44,456 bases of DNA from Macrostomum lignano. Taxonomy: Eukaryota. Where the stretch lies: positions 1-44,456 of the forward strand of contig NIVC01003141.1 in NCBI GenBank assembly GCA_002269645.1, written 5' to 3'. The translations under genes and the position numbers were made by a program. A model generated the notes under the pieces. That model did no database searches and was not told the origin of the DNA. It saw only the letters and a program-made list of their open reading frames with translations. Positions 1 to 10,775 of the stretch are shown here, one piece after another (the first letter of the stretch is position 1; every line of letters starts with the position of its first letter).

Positions 1-737
1 ACACTGATGCAGACACTAAGATAACGAGGAAGACACTAAGACACTGAGCAGACACTAAGATAACGAGGAAACACTAAACACTGCGGCAGACACTAAGATA
101 ACGAGGAAGACACTAAGACACTGCGGCAGACACTAAGATAACGAGGAAGACACTAAGACACTGATGCAGACACTAAGATAACGAGGAAGACACTAAGACA
201 CTGCGGCAGACACTAAGATAACGAGGAAGACACTAAGACACTGATGCAGACACTAAGATAACGAGGAAGACACTAAGACACTGCGGCAGACACTAAGATA
301 ACGAGGAAGACACTAAGACACTGCGGCAGATACGAGGAAGACACTAAGACACTGCGGCAACACTAAGATAACAAGGAACACTAAGACACTGCGGCAGACA
401 CTAAGATAACGAGGAAGACACTAAGACACTGCGGCAGACACTAGATAACGAGGAAGACACTAAGACACTGCGGCAGACACTAAGATAACGAGGAAGACAC
501 TAAGACACTGCGGCAGACCTAAGATAACGAGGAAGACACTAAGACACTGCGGCAGACACTAAGATAACGAGGAAGAACACTAAGACACTGCGGCAGACAC
601 TAAGATAACGAGGAAGACACTAAGACACTGATGCAGACACTAAGATAACGAGGAAGACACTAAGACACTGATGCAGACACTAAGATAACGAGGAAGACAC
701 TAAGACACTGATGCAGACACTAAGACTAAGACACTGA
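1..737. repeat. 40-bp minisatellite (ACACTAAGATAACGAGGAAGACACTAAGACACTGCGGCAG), ~18 copies, truncated by the window edge
   Basis: Period of 40 is visible (CTGCGGCAGA/CTGATGCAGA at 121, 161, 201, 241). Several units have 1-bp deletions. Confidence 0.95.
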
Positions 738-760
738 ACCAAATTATAAAAATGACTCAC

Positions 761-1168
761 CTCAGCATAGCTGCGATAGAAGTTGTGATTCATCTGCATC
801 CGACAGTCACTCTTCCTTCATCAGCCTCACGCCTGCGCCTCTTCAGTGCTTCGCTGTTTTGTTGATGCGCTCGAGCGTTCTCTTGATTGAACAGGGCCAG
901 CTGCCTGCATGCATTGATGGAGCATGGCGATGCGGAGAATGTAATAAAATAACGGCTTCAAATTAAAAAAAGCTACAATTTTCCAACCAAATACGACAAC
1001 CTTCCATAGTCCTTGTGAATGAGTTGCATCGCATCGCGCTGTGGCTGACAGGTTGGTTCAGGCCTGGCGGCACGAGCACATCGACGCTGGTGGAATTTCC
1101 GACCTGGTCGGGTCAGAAACATCAGGCCGGACTGCGGGTTGGGCGGAGGGAGGCGCGAGTTTGACAGA
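761..1168 (-). CDS. Possible two internal exons (1168-1001, 904-761) of an unidentified gene, ...MQLIHKDYG|RQLALFNQENARAHQQNSEALKRRRRE...
   Basis: Acceptor TTATTATCCGCCAG before 1168, weak donor GTTGTC after 1001, a ~96-nt AT-rich intron ending TGCAG, and a strong donor GTGAGT after 761. Phases are compatible (2/2). An in-frame TGA occurs in the second exon, so an indel error or a wrong call is possible. Confidence 0.3.
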
Positions 1169-1198
1169 CTGGCGGATAATAAGAGTTACACGCACTTG

Positions 1199-2828
1199 GA
1201 CAGGCACTGAAACAGGCACTGAGAACGACTGAGAGCACTGTGACAGGCCACTGTGACAGGCACTGTGACAGGCACTAGGACAGGCACTAGGACAGGCACT
1301 AGGATAGGCACTGAAACAGGCACTGAAACAGGCACTGAGACAGGCACTAGGACAGGCACTGAGACAGGCACTGAGACAGGCACTGAGACAGGCACTAAGA
1401 CAGGCACTGAGACAGGCACTAGGACAGGAACTGAGACAGGCACTAGGACAGGCACTGAGACAGGCACTGAGACAGGCACTAGGATAGGCACTAGGACAGG
1501 CACTAGACAGGCACTGAACAGGCACTGAAACAGGCATGAGACAGGCACTGAGACAGGCACTGAGACAGGCACTAGGACAGGCACTGAGACAAGCAGTAGG
1601 ACAGGCACTGAGACAAGCAGTAGGACAGGCACTGAGACAGGCACTAAGACAGGCACTGAGACAGGCACTGAGATAGGCACTGAGACAGGCACTGAGACAG
1701 GCACTGAGACAGGCACTGAGACAAGCAGTAGGACAGGCACTGAGACAAGCAGTAGGACAGGCACTGAGATAGGCACTAGGACAGGCACTGAGACAGGCAC
1801 TGAGACAGGCACTGAGATAGGCAGTAGGACAGGCACTGAGACAAGCAGTAGGACAGGCACTGAGACAGGAACTGAGACAGGAACTGAGACAGGCAGTAAG
1901 ACAGGCAGTAGGACAGGCACTGAGACAAGCAGTAAGACAGGCACTGAGACAAGCAGTAGGACAGGCACTGCGACAAGCAGTAGGACAGGCACTGAGATAG
2001 GCACTAGGACAGGCACTGAGACAGGCACTGAGACAGGCACTGAGACAGGCACTGAGACAGGCACTGAGACAAGCAGTAGGACAGGCACTGAGACAAGCAG
2101 TAGGACAGGCACTGAGACGGGCACTGAGACAGGCAGTAAGACAGGCACTGAGACAAGCAGTAGGACAGGCACTGAGATAGGCACTAGGACAGGCACTGAG
2201 ACAGGCACTGAGACAGGCACTGAGATAGGCAGTAGGACAGGCACTGAGACAGGCACTGAGATAGGCACTGAGATAGGCAGTAGGACAGGCACTGAGACAG
2301 GCACTGAGATAGGCACTAGGACAGGCACTGAGACAGGCACTGAGACAGGCACTGAGATAGGCACTGAGACAGGCACTGAGACAGGCACTGAGACAGGCAC
2401 TGAGACAAGCAGTAGGACAGGCACTGAGACAAGCAGTAGGACAGGCACTGAGATAGGCACTAGGACAGGCACTGAGACAGGCACTGAGACAGGCACTGAG
2501 ATAGGCAGTAGGACAGGCACTGAGACAAGCAGTAGGACAGGCACTGAGACAGGAACTGAGACAGGAACTGAGACAGGCAGTAAGACAGGCAGTAGGACAG
2601 GCACTGAGACAAGCAGTAAGACAGGCACTGAGACAAGCAGTAGGACAGGCACTGAGACAAGCAGTAGGACAGGCACTGAGACAAGCAGTAGGACAGGCAC
2701 TGAGACAGGCACTGAGACAAGCAGTAGGACAGGCACTGAGACAGGCACTGAGACAAGCAGTAGGACAGGCACTGAGACAAGCAGTAGGACAGGCACTGAG
2801 ACAAGCAGTAGGACAGGCACTAGGACAG
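1199..2828. repeat. 12-bp minisatellite (ACAGGCACTGAG with variants ACAAGCAGTAGG, ATAGGCACTAGG), ~135 copies
   Basis: Period of 12 seen directly. It explains the SACL/PVSV/TGTE repeat ORFs. Confidence 0.95.
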
Positions 2829-3774
2829 TCAGCCAAGTGTCAAGGACTACCAGCGGTCAGGCTCAGCCGGGAATTCGGTCTCCAACCATCGCAGCCTGCT
2901 CAAAGCCCGAGCTGACATTGGCGACAACCGGTAGTGCCGAAATCTGTCATGGAATTTTGGTTTATGATTTCTCAAGCACTACTCAAACTACGAGTGGTAG
3001 TTAAAGTCCCAAGCATGCTCAACAATTATCAGGATTATATTGACCTCTTACCCATCGAATGCCAATTTTCCAGTTGCAACTGAAAAAAGCAGCGGAAGGC
3101 CAAGAAGGATTATGCAGTGCTGAAAATGATTCATAATTTGAACTGGGCAGAAACTGCTAAGCAAATCTGTGCGCTCAATGAATTGAAACTGAATTGAAAC
3201 TCATTATTTAAATGTTTCTAACGCAAAATGGAAAACTGAAAGATTAAAATCATTTCACAGTCAGCGAATTTGTAGATGAAGCTTTATGTAAACAAAGAGT
3301 CTGTGCGGCACAGTGATGCTGATCATAGGCGGTCATGTCAGGTCACGAATGCAAATTTGTCTTCAATTTTATCTATGCTTTTTGAAATTGCAATAAACTT
3401 GCTGTCGTACGTAGTACGAGCTAATGTTTGATGTCAACTTGGAGTCTACCAACGACACGCGCTCATGCTCTCAGGTAATTGAAACTCAGTCCAGCTGTGA
3501 ACTTGAAAATCGGCACTTGAAATTTCATGAGCATCGTGAGCTATTGTCATTTTTTTATTCTATATTGGTCTTCATTCCAACATTGAATAAGGTAATCTGA
3601 TTCACTTAACTAAAGAAGCATAAAAAGGGTGCATGTTTCTCTATCCAGAATACTCGTATGTTTCTTCGTTAAGTATAATGTTTTCAATGTTTTTCTCGAT
3701 TCTTATTGGCTAGTAAAATACTCGTAATATCCGACCCATTTTTGTTCCTCTCTCTTTCTATACACCCAAAATCT

Positions 3775-4100
3775 TATTGGCTGGGAGTTCACCCAACCCA
3801 TTTTCTGTCTTTCTCTATTTCTCAAAGCCGTTTCTAATTGGTTGGGGGTTCCCCACCCCATTTTCTATCCTTATCTATTTCTCAAAGCCGTTTCTAATTG
3901 GCTGGGAGTTCAGCCACCCCATTTTCTGTCCATCTCTATTTCTCAAAGCCGTTTCTAATTGGTTGGGGGTTCCCCCACCCCATTTTCTATCCTTATCTAT
4001 TTCTCAAAGCCGTTTCTAATTGGTTGGGAGTTCCCCACCCCATTTTCTGTCCCTCTTTAGTTCACGACACTTGCTTCTGATTGGGTGGGGGTTCCAGCTC
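3775..4100. repeat. ~60-61-bp tandem repeat, ~5 copies (…CTATTTCTCAAAGCCGTTTCTAATTGG(C/T)TGGG(A/G)GTTC…CCCATTTTCT…)
   Basis: The block TATTTCTCAAAGCCGTTTCTAATTGG recurs at ~3816, 3876, 3937 and 3997. Confidence 0.9.
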
Positions 4101-5106
4101 ACTACTTTTCTGTTATTGTCCGTTTCAGTGCCCATTTCTGATTGGCTGTAAACTGGCAACATATACTTCTATTAGCAATCTGATGCAAATAACCCCAAAA
4201 AAGTTTTGTGACAAACCAGCATTCCAGTTTCTCCTTTCTTAACTAGCAACAACAATTAATTGGGCTAAGTTGTTTATTTATAGACGAATGTATCTAGATG
4301 AATGGATTTCTAGGAATTAATGGCTTTTTTGTGTGCATATACATGCATAAGAATCTGAAATGTGTAAGCTGATGTCACACAACTGATCACGCTCAAATTT
4401 ACGTGTACAGAAGTTCAAAGATGTGTTGAATAAAACAGCAATCGCAACTTTGCACTTTAATGCAAGAAATTGACAAGAATAATGCTAAAGATAATTTAAG
4501 ATAAGATAAGATGAGATTACTTCAAGTAGTAAAAATACAATTAACAAAGCGAGCCTGTTGAGATGGGACAATAAACATAGGACAATAAGTAGAAGCTGAA
4601 GGAAACGACAATAAACAGATATTTTCCTTGACACTGTTTAAGATTTGTACTCGCAATGAAAATTGACAAAATTGTCAAAAAAAGTCGTAGTTTTGCTTTC
4701 AAAGCAACCAGGTAACAATATTTCGATACAAAACTGGATTAAAAAAACTAACATGTAGTTTTCATTAACTTGGTTTTTGGGAATGCATAAAGCAAGAAAA
4801 CGGTGGTTTGAATTTAAGTAAAGCATAGGCAGTTGAACCAGAAGGGCGCTAACACTCAATTTCTTAGAAATGAACCGCCAGTGCATTTATTTGGCTCTGG
4901 AGAACGCGTAGCGCTAATGGGGTTGTACCATAGACAAATTCGATTGAGAAAAATCCTATATCTCTATATTAGAACTTAACCCAACTTAACGGCTATGCAA
5001 TATTTACGCGCCATACTCTATACTTTCTACTTAACAGTAAGCAAACTCTGCTTAAATTTTGCAACTATGAAATATTTCAGAAAATTCACTATCGAGACAG
5101 AACATC

Positions 5107-5346
5107 CCCGCTGGGAAAAAATTGCAGCGACGACTGGCTGATGACGACAACTTGACGACAAGTTCACAGAGTCCGATAAAAAGCAGGCAGTAAATCAGAT
5201 TTGGAAGCGCGCATTTGCACGATACTACTGAGTTGAACAAATCATACTTATTTTAGTAAATCAGGAGTAAATCGACAAGGCTGTCGCCTCTAGCCTGTCG
5301 TTGCTTGTCGTAAAAGTGTCGTCGCTGCAATTTTTTTCCCAGCGGG
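5107..5346. mobile_element. 240-bp non-autonomous DNA transposon (MITE), CACTA/EnSpm-like
   Basis: ~28-bp TIRs CCCGCTGGGAAAAAATTGCAGCGACGAC / GTCGTCGCTGCAATTTTTTTCCCAGCGGG, a 2-bp flanking duplication TC (5105-5106 and 5347-5348), and subterminal GACGAC/GTCGTC motifs. The superfamily assignment is inferred from CCC..GGG ends plus a 2-bp TSD. Confidence 0.8.
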
Positions 5347-5419
5347 TCGGTTTTACATGTATCGCTTTATTGGATTTTTCTAACTGTACTCTCTGCAGCG
5401 TCAGATACACAGTCGGTCT

Positions 5420-7831
5420 CTAAGCAGCCAGCCGGATCCGCTGGCTCAGATCCGCATAGTTCACTGGCATCAGGGTGACCTTCACGTCCTTCCACAGTCG
5501 CAGGTGCGGCCAGTTTGGGTCCTCAGACGGTGTGGGATAAATCCAGTGCACTGGCAGCAGGAGGTTCAGCCACCAGCGTTCGCCGAAGACTCGACACAAC
5601 GCCTCCGCTGGTTTCAACGAGGATTTGATGGGGAGCTTCTCTTTCACCTCAAGAGACAGCAGGCCGCCTCGACTAATCAGCTCGGCGTGCTCCATCAAAA
5701 ATCCCAATAGTAGAGGCTCGAAAAATCCCAGACAGTAGCCGGTGAACACCAGGATGCAGTCCTGCCAGCTGGCTGATCCTGTGAACGCTTGCGCGATGGT
5801 CACGGGAAGGAGGGTGGCAGCCAGGCCAAGTCGGGGCACGAAGTTTGTCACCATGTAGAGAATGCAGTGCACAGATGCGTAGGTTGCTGCCAGCACTGCG
5901 TAGAATAGGAAGACTAGGAAGAAGCTGGAGGGAGAGGGGGGGCAGTAGTAGGTTCGGGCACTAGATTATCACCTGTTCAGGCACTGGATTCTCACCTGTT
6001 CAGGCACTGGATTCTCACCTGTTCAGGCACTGGATTCTCACCTGTTCAGGCACTGGATTCTCACCTGTTCAGGCACTGCATGGATTCTCACCTGTTCACA
6101 CACTAGATTCTCACCTGTTCGGGCACTGGATTCTCACCTGTTCACACACTAGATTCTCACCTGTTCAGGCACTGGATTCTCACCTGTTCAGGCACTGCAT
6201 GGATTCTCACCTGTTCACACACTAGATTCTCACCTGTTCAGACACTGGATTCCACCTGTTCACACACTAGATTCTCACCTGTTCAGGCACTGGATTCCAC
6301 CTGTTCACACACTAGATTCTCACCTGTTCAGACACTGGATTCCACCTGTTCACACACTAGATTCTCACCTGCTCGGGCACTGGATTCTCACCTGTTCAGG
6401 CACTAGATTCTCACCTGTTCAGGCACTAGATTCTCACCTGTTCAGGCACTGGATTCTCACCTGTTCAGGCACTAGATTCTCACCTGTTCAGGCACTAGAT
6501 TCTCACCTGTTCACACACTAGATTCTCATCTGTTCACACACTAGATTCTCACCTGTTCACACACTAGATTCTCACCTGTTCACACACTAGATTCTCACTT
6601 GTTCACACACTAGATTCTCGCCTGTTCACACCCTAGATTCACATGTTTAGGCACATAAGGAAACTCACCGCTCATTTCCTTCTCCAATGCAGGTCCCAGA
6701 GAAGAAGCAGTGATGGTCTCGCTTGAAAACGCATATGTCGCACAGGGGACAGTGGTGCGTCCTAGGCGGCCTCCAATGCCGGCAGCTGAAGCAGGGCTTA
6801 TACGACAGGTAGGAATATTTATGGTCCTCAGCTATGGTACGCTTGAACTTAGGATTGTTCTGAGGCATCGGTATTGGCTGGCTGGCATTGTAGGCATTGT
6901 ACAGCTCCGGGACAATGCTGCTACCAGCCTTTTTGCTCGCTTGCTGATTGTCCTGCATTTGTGTTTCGTAGAATGTGATGCAGCGACTGATGAAGATTGG
7001 GAGAGACTGAAGACATATAAAAGATAAACAAATGAATACACAATGGGAGAGACAAGACCGAGAGACGGACAAAGAGAGAAGGACAGGGAGAGAAGGACAG
7101 GGAGAGGACAGGGAGAGGACAGGGAGAGGACAGGTAGAGGACAGGGAGAGCACAGGGAGAGGACAGGGAGAGGACAGGGAGAGGACAGGGAGAGGACAGG
7201 GAGAGGACACGGAGAGGACAGGTAGAGGACAGGGAGAGGACAGGGAGAGGACAGGGAGAGGACAGGGAGAGGACACGGAGAGGACAGGGAGAGGACAGGG
7301 AGAGGACAGGTAGAGGACAGGGAGAAGACAGGTAGAGGACAGGGAGAGGACAGGTAGAGGACAAGAGAGGACAGGGAGAGGACAGGGAGAGGACAGGGAG
7401 AGGACAGGGAGAGGACAGGAAAAGGACAGGGAGAGGACAGGGAGAGGACAGGGAGAGAAGGACATTGAGACGCCCCCAGGTCGCACCTTGGTCTTCCGAA
7501 AATGCACTTTCTCCGGATCGTTCGGGTTGAGCACGAAGTCGCCCTGCATTTGCAGCGGCTCGCCAACAAATCGCCTTTGTTGAGTTCGAATCAGCAGCCA
7601 GTTGAGCATCATCTGGGCCAGGCAGACTGTGGGAAACGCGGCATTGAAGGCGGTGGCCCACCAGCCCCAGCCCTGCCGCTGGATGTTGATGGGGCCAATG
7701 AGGAAGACGCCAAAGGACCAGATACAGGCGCAAGCGAGGATGTAGCATTTGGCGCTGAATCGGTTTAAACTGGCCGGGTTGACGAAGCGAAACCAGGTGC
7801 GCTTGAAGACTAGCAGCAGCTCGGTGGGCAT
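5420..7831 (-). CDS. DHHC-type palmitoyltransferase (ZDHHC22-like), 3 exons: 7831-7487, 7006(or 6952)-6669, 5924-5420; ~395 (or 377) aa
   Basis: Cys-rich domain CFSCRHWRPPRTHHCPLCDICVFKRDHHCFFSGTCIGEGNER|FFLVFLFY. Donors GTGCGA and GTGAGT, acceptors TCTTCAG and CCCTCCAG. Phases 0 and 2 join in frame. Hydrophobic helices lie on both sides of the DHHC motif. The subfamily label comes from recalled DHHCFF(S/T)G similarity. Confidence 0.92.
5957..6654. repeat. ~23-bp minisatellite (GGATTCTCACCTGTTCAGGCACT), ~30 copies, filling intron 2 of the DHHC gene
   Basis: Seen directly. On the gene's sense strand each unit reads …GAACAG|GTGAGAATC…. Confidence 0.95.
7081..7458. repeat. 11-bp purine-rich minisatellite (ACAGGGAGAGG), ~34 copies, in intron 1 of the DHHC gene
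   Basis: Seen directly. It reads CCTCTCCCTGT on the sense strand and keeps the 6665-7831 frame open across the intron. Confidence 0.95.
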
Positions 7832-8035
7832 GGCGCCTTGGAGACTTGGCTCTGGAATGCGGTTTGGTCGAATTTAAACTGTTGGAATTCCACATTAAAA
7901 AAGTATCTGAACACAAATGCTACTCATAAAAAGCTAGATGGGGCACTTCATGGAAACGTCTGGTCACTTCCTAACCCTTCATAACCCTAACTTAAACCCT
8001 GACCCTGACCTAATGTCGCATTGTAAGTTATTCGC

Positions 8036-8816
8036 AAGGGGCGCCAGCACCAAGGGGCGCCAGCACCAAGGGGCGCCAGCACCAAGGGCGCCAGCACCAA
8101 GGGGCGCCAGCACCAAGGGGCGCCAGCACCAAGGGCGCCAGCACCAAGGGGCGCCAGCACCAAGGGGCGCCAGCACCAAGGGGCGCCAGCACCAAGGGGC
8201 GCCAGCACCAAGGGGCGCCAGCACCAAGGGGCGCCAGCACCAAGGGGCGCCAGCACCAAGGGGCGCCAGCACCAAGGGGCGCCAGCACCAAGGGGCGCCA
8301 GCACCAAGGGGCGCCAGCACCAAGGGGCGCCAGCACCAAGGGGCGCCAGCACCAAGGGGCGCCAGCACCAAGGGGCGCCAGCACCAAGGGGCGCCAGCAC
8401 CAAGGGGCGCCAGCACCAAGGGGCGCCAGCACCAAGGGGCGCCAGCACCAAGGGGCGCCAGCACCAAGGGGCGCCAGCACCAAGGGGCGCCAGCACCAAG
8501 GGGCGCCAGCACCAAGGGGCGCCAGCACCAAGGGGCGCCAGCACCAAGGGGCGCCAGCACCAAGGGGCGCCAGCACCAAGGGGCGCCAGCACCAAGGGGC
8601 GCCAGCACCAAGGGGCGCCAGCACCAAGGGGCGCCAGCACCAAGGGGCGCCAGCACCAAGGGGCGCCAGCACCAAGGGGCGCCAGCACCAAGGGGCGCCA
8701 GCACCAAGGGGCGCCAGCACCAAGGGGCGCCAGCACCAAGGGGCGCCAGCACCAAGGGGCGCCAGCACCAAGGGGCGCCAGCACCAAGGGGCGCCAGCAC
8801 CAAGGGGCGCCAGCAC
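8036..8816. repeat. Highly homogeneous 16-bp GC-rich minisatellite (GGGGCGCCAGCACCAA), ~49 copies
   Basis: Period of 16 (48-nt/16-aa period in the ORFs). It is preceded by degenerate CCCTAA/CCCTGA motifs at 7970-8013. Confidence 0.97.
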
Positions 8817-9226
8817 TTTTGAATTGCACTAACAAATTGAACAAATTCTGTTCGCTCTAAACTGATTCACATGCATTTAAATTCATTTTTTCGCTGTAAT
8901 AAAAATCATAAAATAAATAAATTCGTGTTAAATTGCCTTTCGAAAAATAAGACTTATAAATCGGTGTTATTTATTATATTTTACATCAACTAGGAACTCA
9001 GCTCGCATAATTTGGACAGATTTGAACAATATTATTTTTCCCAGTTGGCAAAGAAATCCAAAAAGAGAGATCTATAAAGAGAAATGTCCTCTTTCTTGAC
9101 AATAATTCTAGATCATATATATAATAATCAGGGCTGCACTTTTGTACATCGCTGTTACAGTACTTGATGAAGAAGTGTTTTTCAGCGCATATTAAGGCTC
9201 GGTAAGCATAGGTTAATCGCACTAGC

Positions 9227-9757
9227 TCAGTTCCCCACATGGTAGGGATCGTGAATCGGCGGCAGAGTCTGCGCCCGATTGGGCTCCTCGTAGTGATCGG
9301 GATGGCAGAGGCCGTAGCGGACCGGCGGTATGTCGCCTTTGATCGCGCCAGGCTTTCTGGTGACGTCATTTACTCCGGTGTTCTCCGGCTTCAACGGGAA
9401 CACCTCTTCGCCGAATGCGCGGCGCTGGCTGGGCTTCGAGTAGCGATCGTACTGCCAGTTGAGGAACTTCTGGTCGGCCTGCCGGGTGTAATCCAGCCTG
9501 CGGCGGTACCAGTCCGGCTCGACTGCCGCGGCGCTGCGAGCGTGCATGTCCCAGTGCGTGTTCCACTGCTGGCAGGAGTTCCACTTGCGCCAGCCGGCCT
9601 GGCAGTAGTCCACCCCGCTGGAGTGCTGCGTGTTCACGTGACCATTGCGCGGCATCCACATGCTGCCAATCTCGTGCAGCGGCGGCGCCATGAACTGCTG
9701 CTTGTAGCGGCTGGCTAAGTTAGGGACTCGATAACTGTCACTCATGCTTGATTGCAT
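9227..9757 (-). CDS. Uncharacterised single-exon protein, 176 aa (172 aa if Met at 9745 is used), Trp/Tyr/Arg/Pro-rich and soluble
   Basis: GC-rich, non-repetitive ORF sharply bounded by AT-rich flanks, with strong G/C third positions. No recognisable domain. Confidence 0.75.
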   Translation of the reverse strand: MQSSMSDSYRVPNLASRYKQQFMAPPLHEIGSMWMPRNGHVNTQHSSGVDYCQAGWRKWNSCQQWNTHWDMHARSAAAVEPDWYRRRLDYTRQADQKFLNWQYDRYSKPSQRRAFGEEVFPLKPENTGVNDVTRKPGAIKGDIPPVRYGLCHPDHYEEPNRAQTLPPIHDPYHVGN

Positions 9758-10445
9758 GAAAAGTTTTGTTGAAAGTAATCAAAATGAATTTGGCTCCCCA
9801 CAGTCCAACACGAACTGTTATGGTCATTTAAAGCTATACATGTAAAGTTTTTGAACAACAATAGCTTTGAATAGCTTTATTAGGTTGTTGTTTTTAGTTA
9901 CATATAATATATTACTACTGCAATTGGAAATCTATTGTCACTTTCTTAGGCCCTGTTTTTAAAATCTAAACCCTACATTAAAATAGCTCAGAAAAATCTC
10001 AGAAAGCTAGCAAAGTTAATTTTATAGAACCACTCAAATTATTTCCTGTGTTGTTTTGACTACTTGGAGATAAAATTGAAACTTAACCAGCCTTTCAATT
10101 AACTAGCTAAATTTTGCACCAGAATGTAGCATTTGTCTTAGTTTGATGATATCTCTTAAGCAGTAATTTTTTTAAATCAAAAAACAGAAGCTGGTAGGCT
10201 AATAAATGAGTAAAGTAATAATGTGAGATGATGGTTTCAATTAGGTACATGATACTACATTAAAATTTGTCGAGTTTACTAACTAATATCATTTCCACAT
10301 TAGCTGATCCATGTATAAAAAGCTGATCTTGCGCTCAAATGCACATACTAAGCTTTGTAATACTATAAAAATTGTTTTACCAGTAATTCGATACTTTTTT
10401 AGATATGTATATATTGTTTAAATAAACAAATAAATATATGTTTAT

Positions 10446-10775
10446 CAGTGGCGTCGCAATGGATTTTATGGTGGGGGAGGACAAAACCAAGAAGTCAACA
10501 TGTACATGTACATGACTAAATTCCTATATTTCCATTATATTGAGAATCGTGTTGTCGGCACTCATTTTGGCGCCGTAGGCATTCCTTTTAGCGCCTTAGG
10601 CACTCATTTTGGCGCCTAAGGCGCTATATTTTGGCGCCCTGAAGAAAAATTATTGATTACCACGAGTCACAAGGTGGGATGGGGGGACAAAGCATTGGCA
10701 TGCCCCCCATAGCTTTTACTGGGGGGGGGGGGACATGTCCCCCCTGTTCCCCCCCCCCCAGGGGCGACGCCTGTG
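10446..10775. mobile_element. ~330-bp hAT-like non-autonomous element
   Basis: Ends CAGTGGCGTCGC … GCGACGCCTG(TG), G/C-run subterminal region (GGGGGGACATGTCCCCCC), internal short repeats with GGCGCC. There is no clean 8-bp TSD (ATGTTTAT vs TGATTTAT). Confidence 0.55.

Noticed and set aside
1058-2836. 592-aa and 544-aa ORFs (SACL/PVSV repeats) and related short ORFs
   Set aside because: These are translations of the 12-bp minisatellite that stay open only because the unit lacks stops on that strand. There is no unique domain.
2829-2945. GC-rich segment right after the 12-bp array that may be an exon
   Set aside because: Short open frames exist on both strands, splice signals are ambiguous, and no strand or product can be supported.
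6665-7831. Single 388-aa ORF as the DHHC protein
   Set aside because: It reads through the 11-bp repeat intron (7486-7007) and lacks the exon carrying the post-DHHC helices. The spliced model fits better.
7938-8844. 262-294 aa ORFs on both strands (GAPAPRGASTKGRQHQ etc.)
   Set aside because: Artefacts of the stop-free 16-bp array. There is no signal peptide or flanking coding context to support a repetitive adhesive protein.
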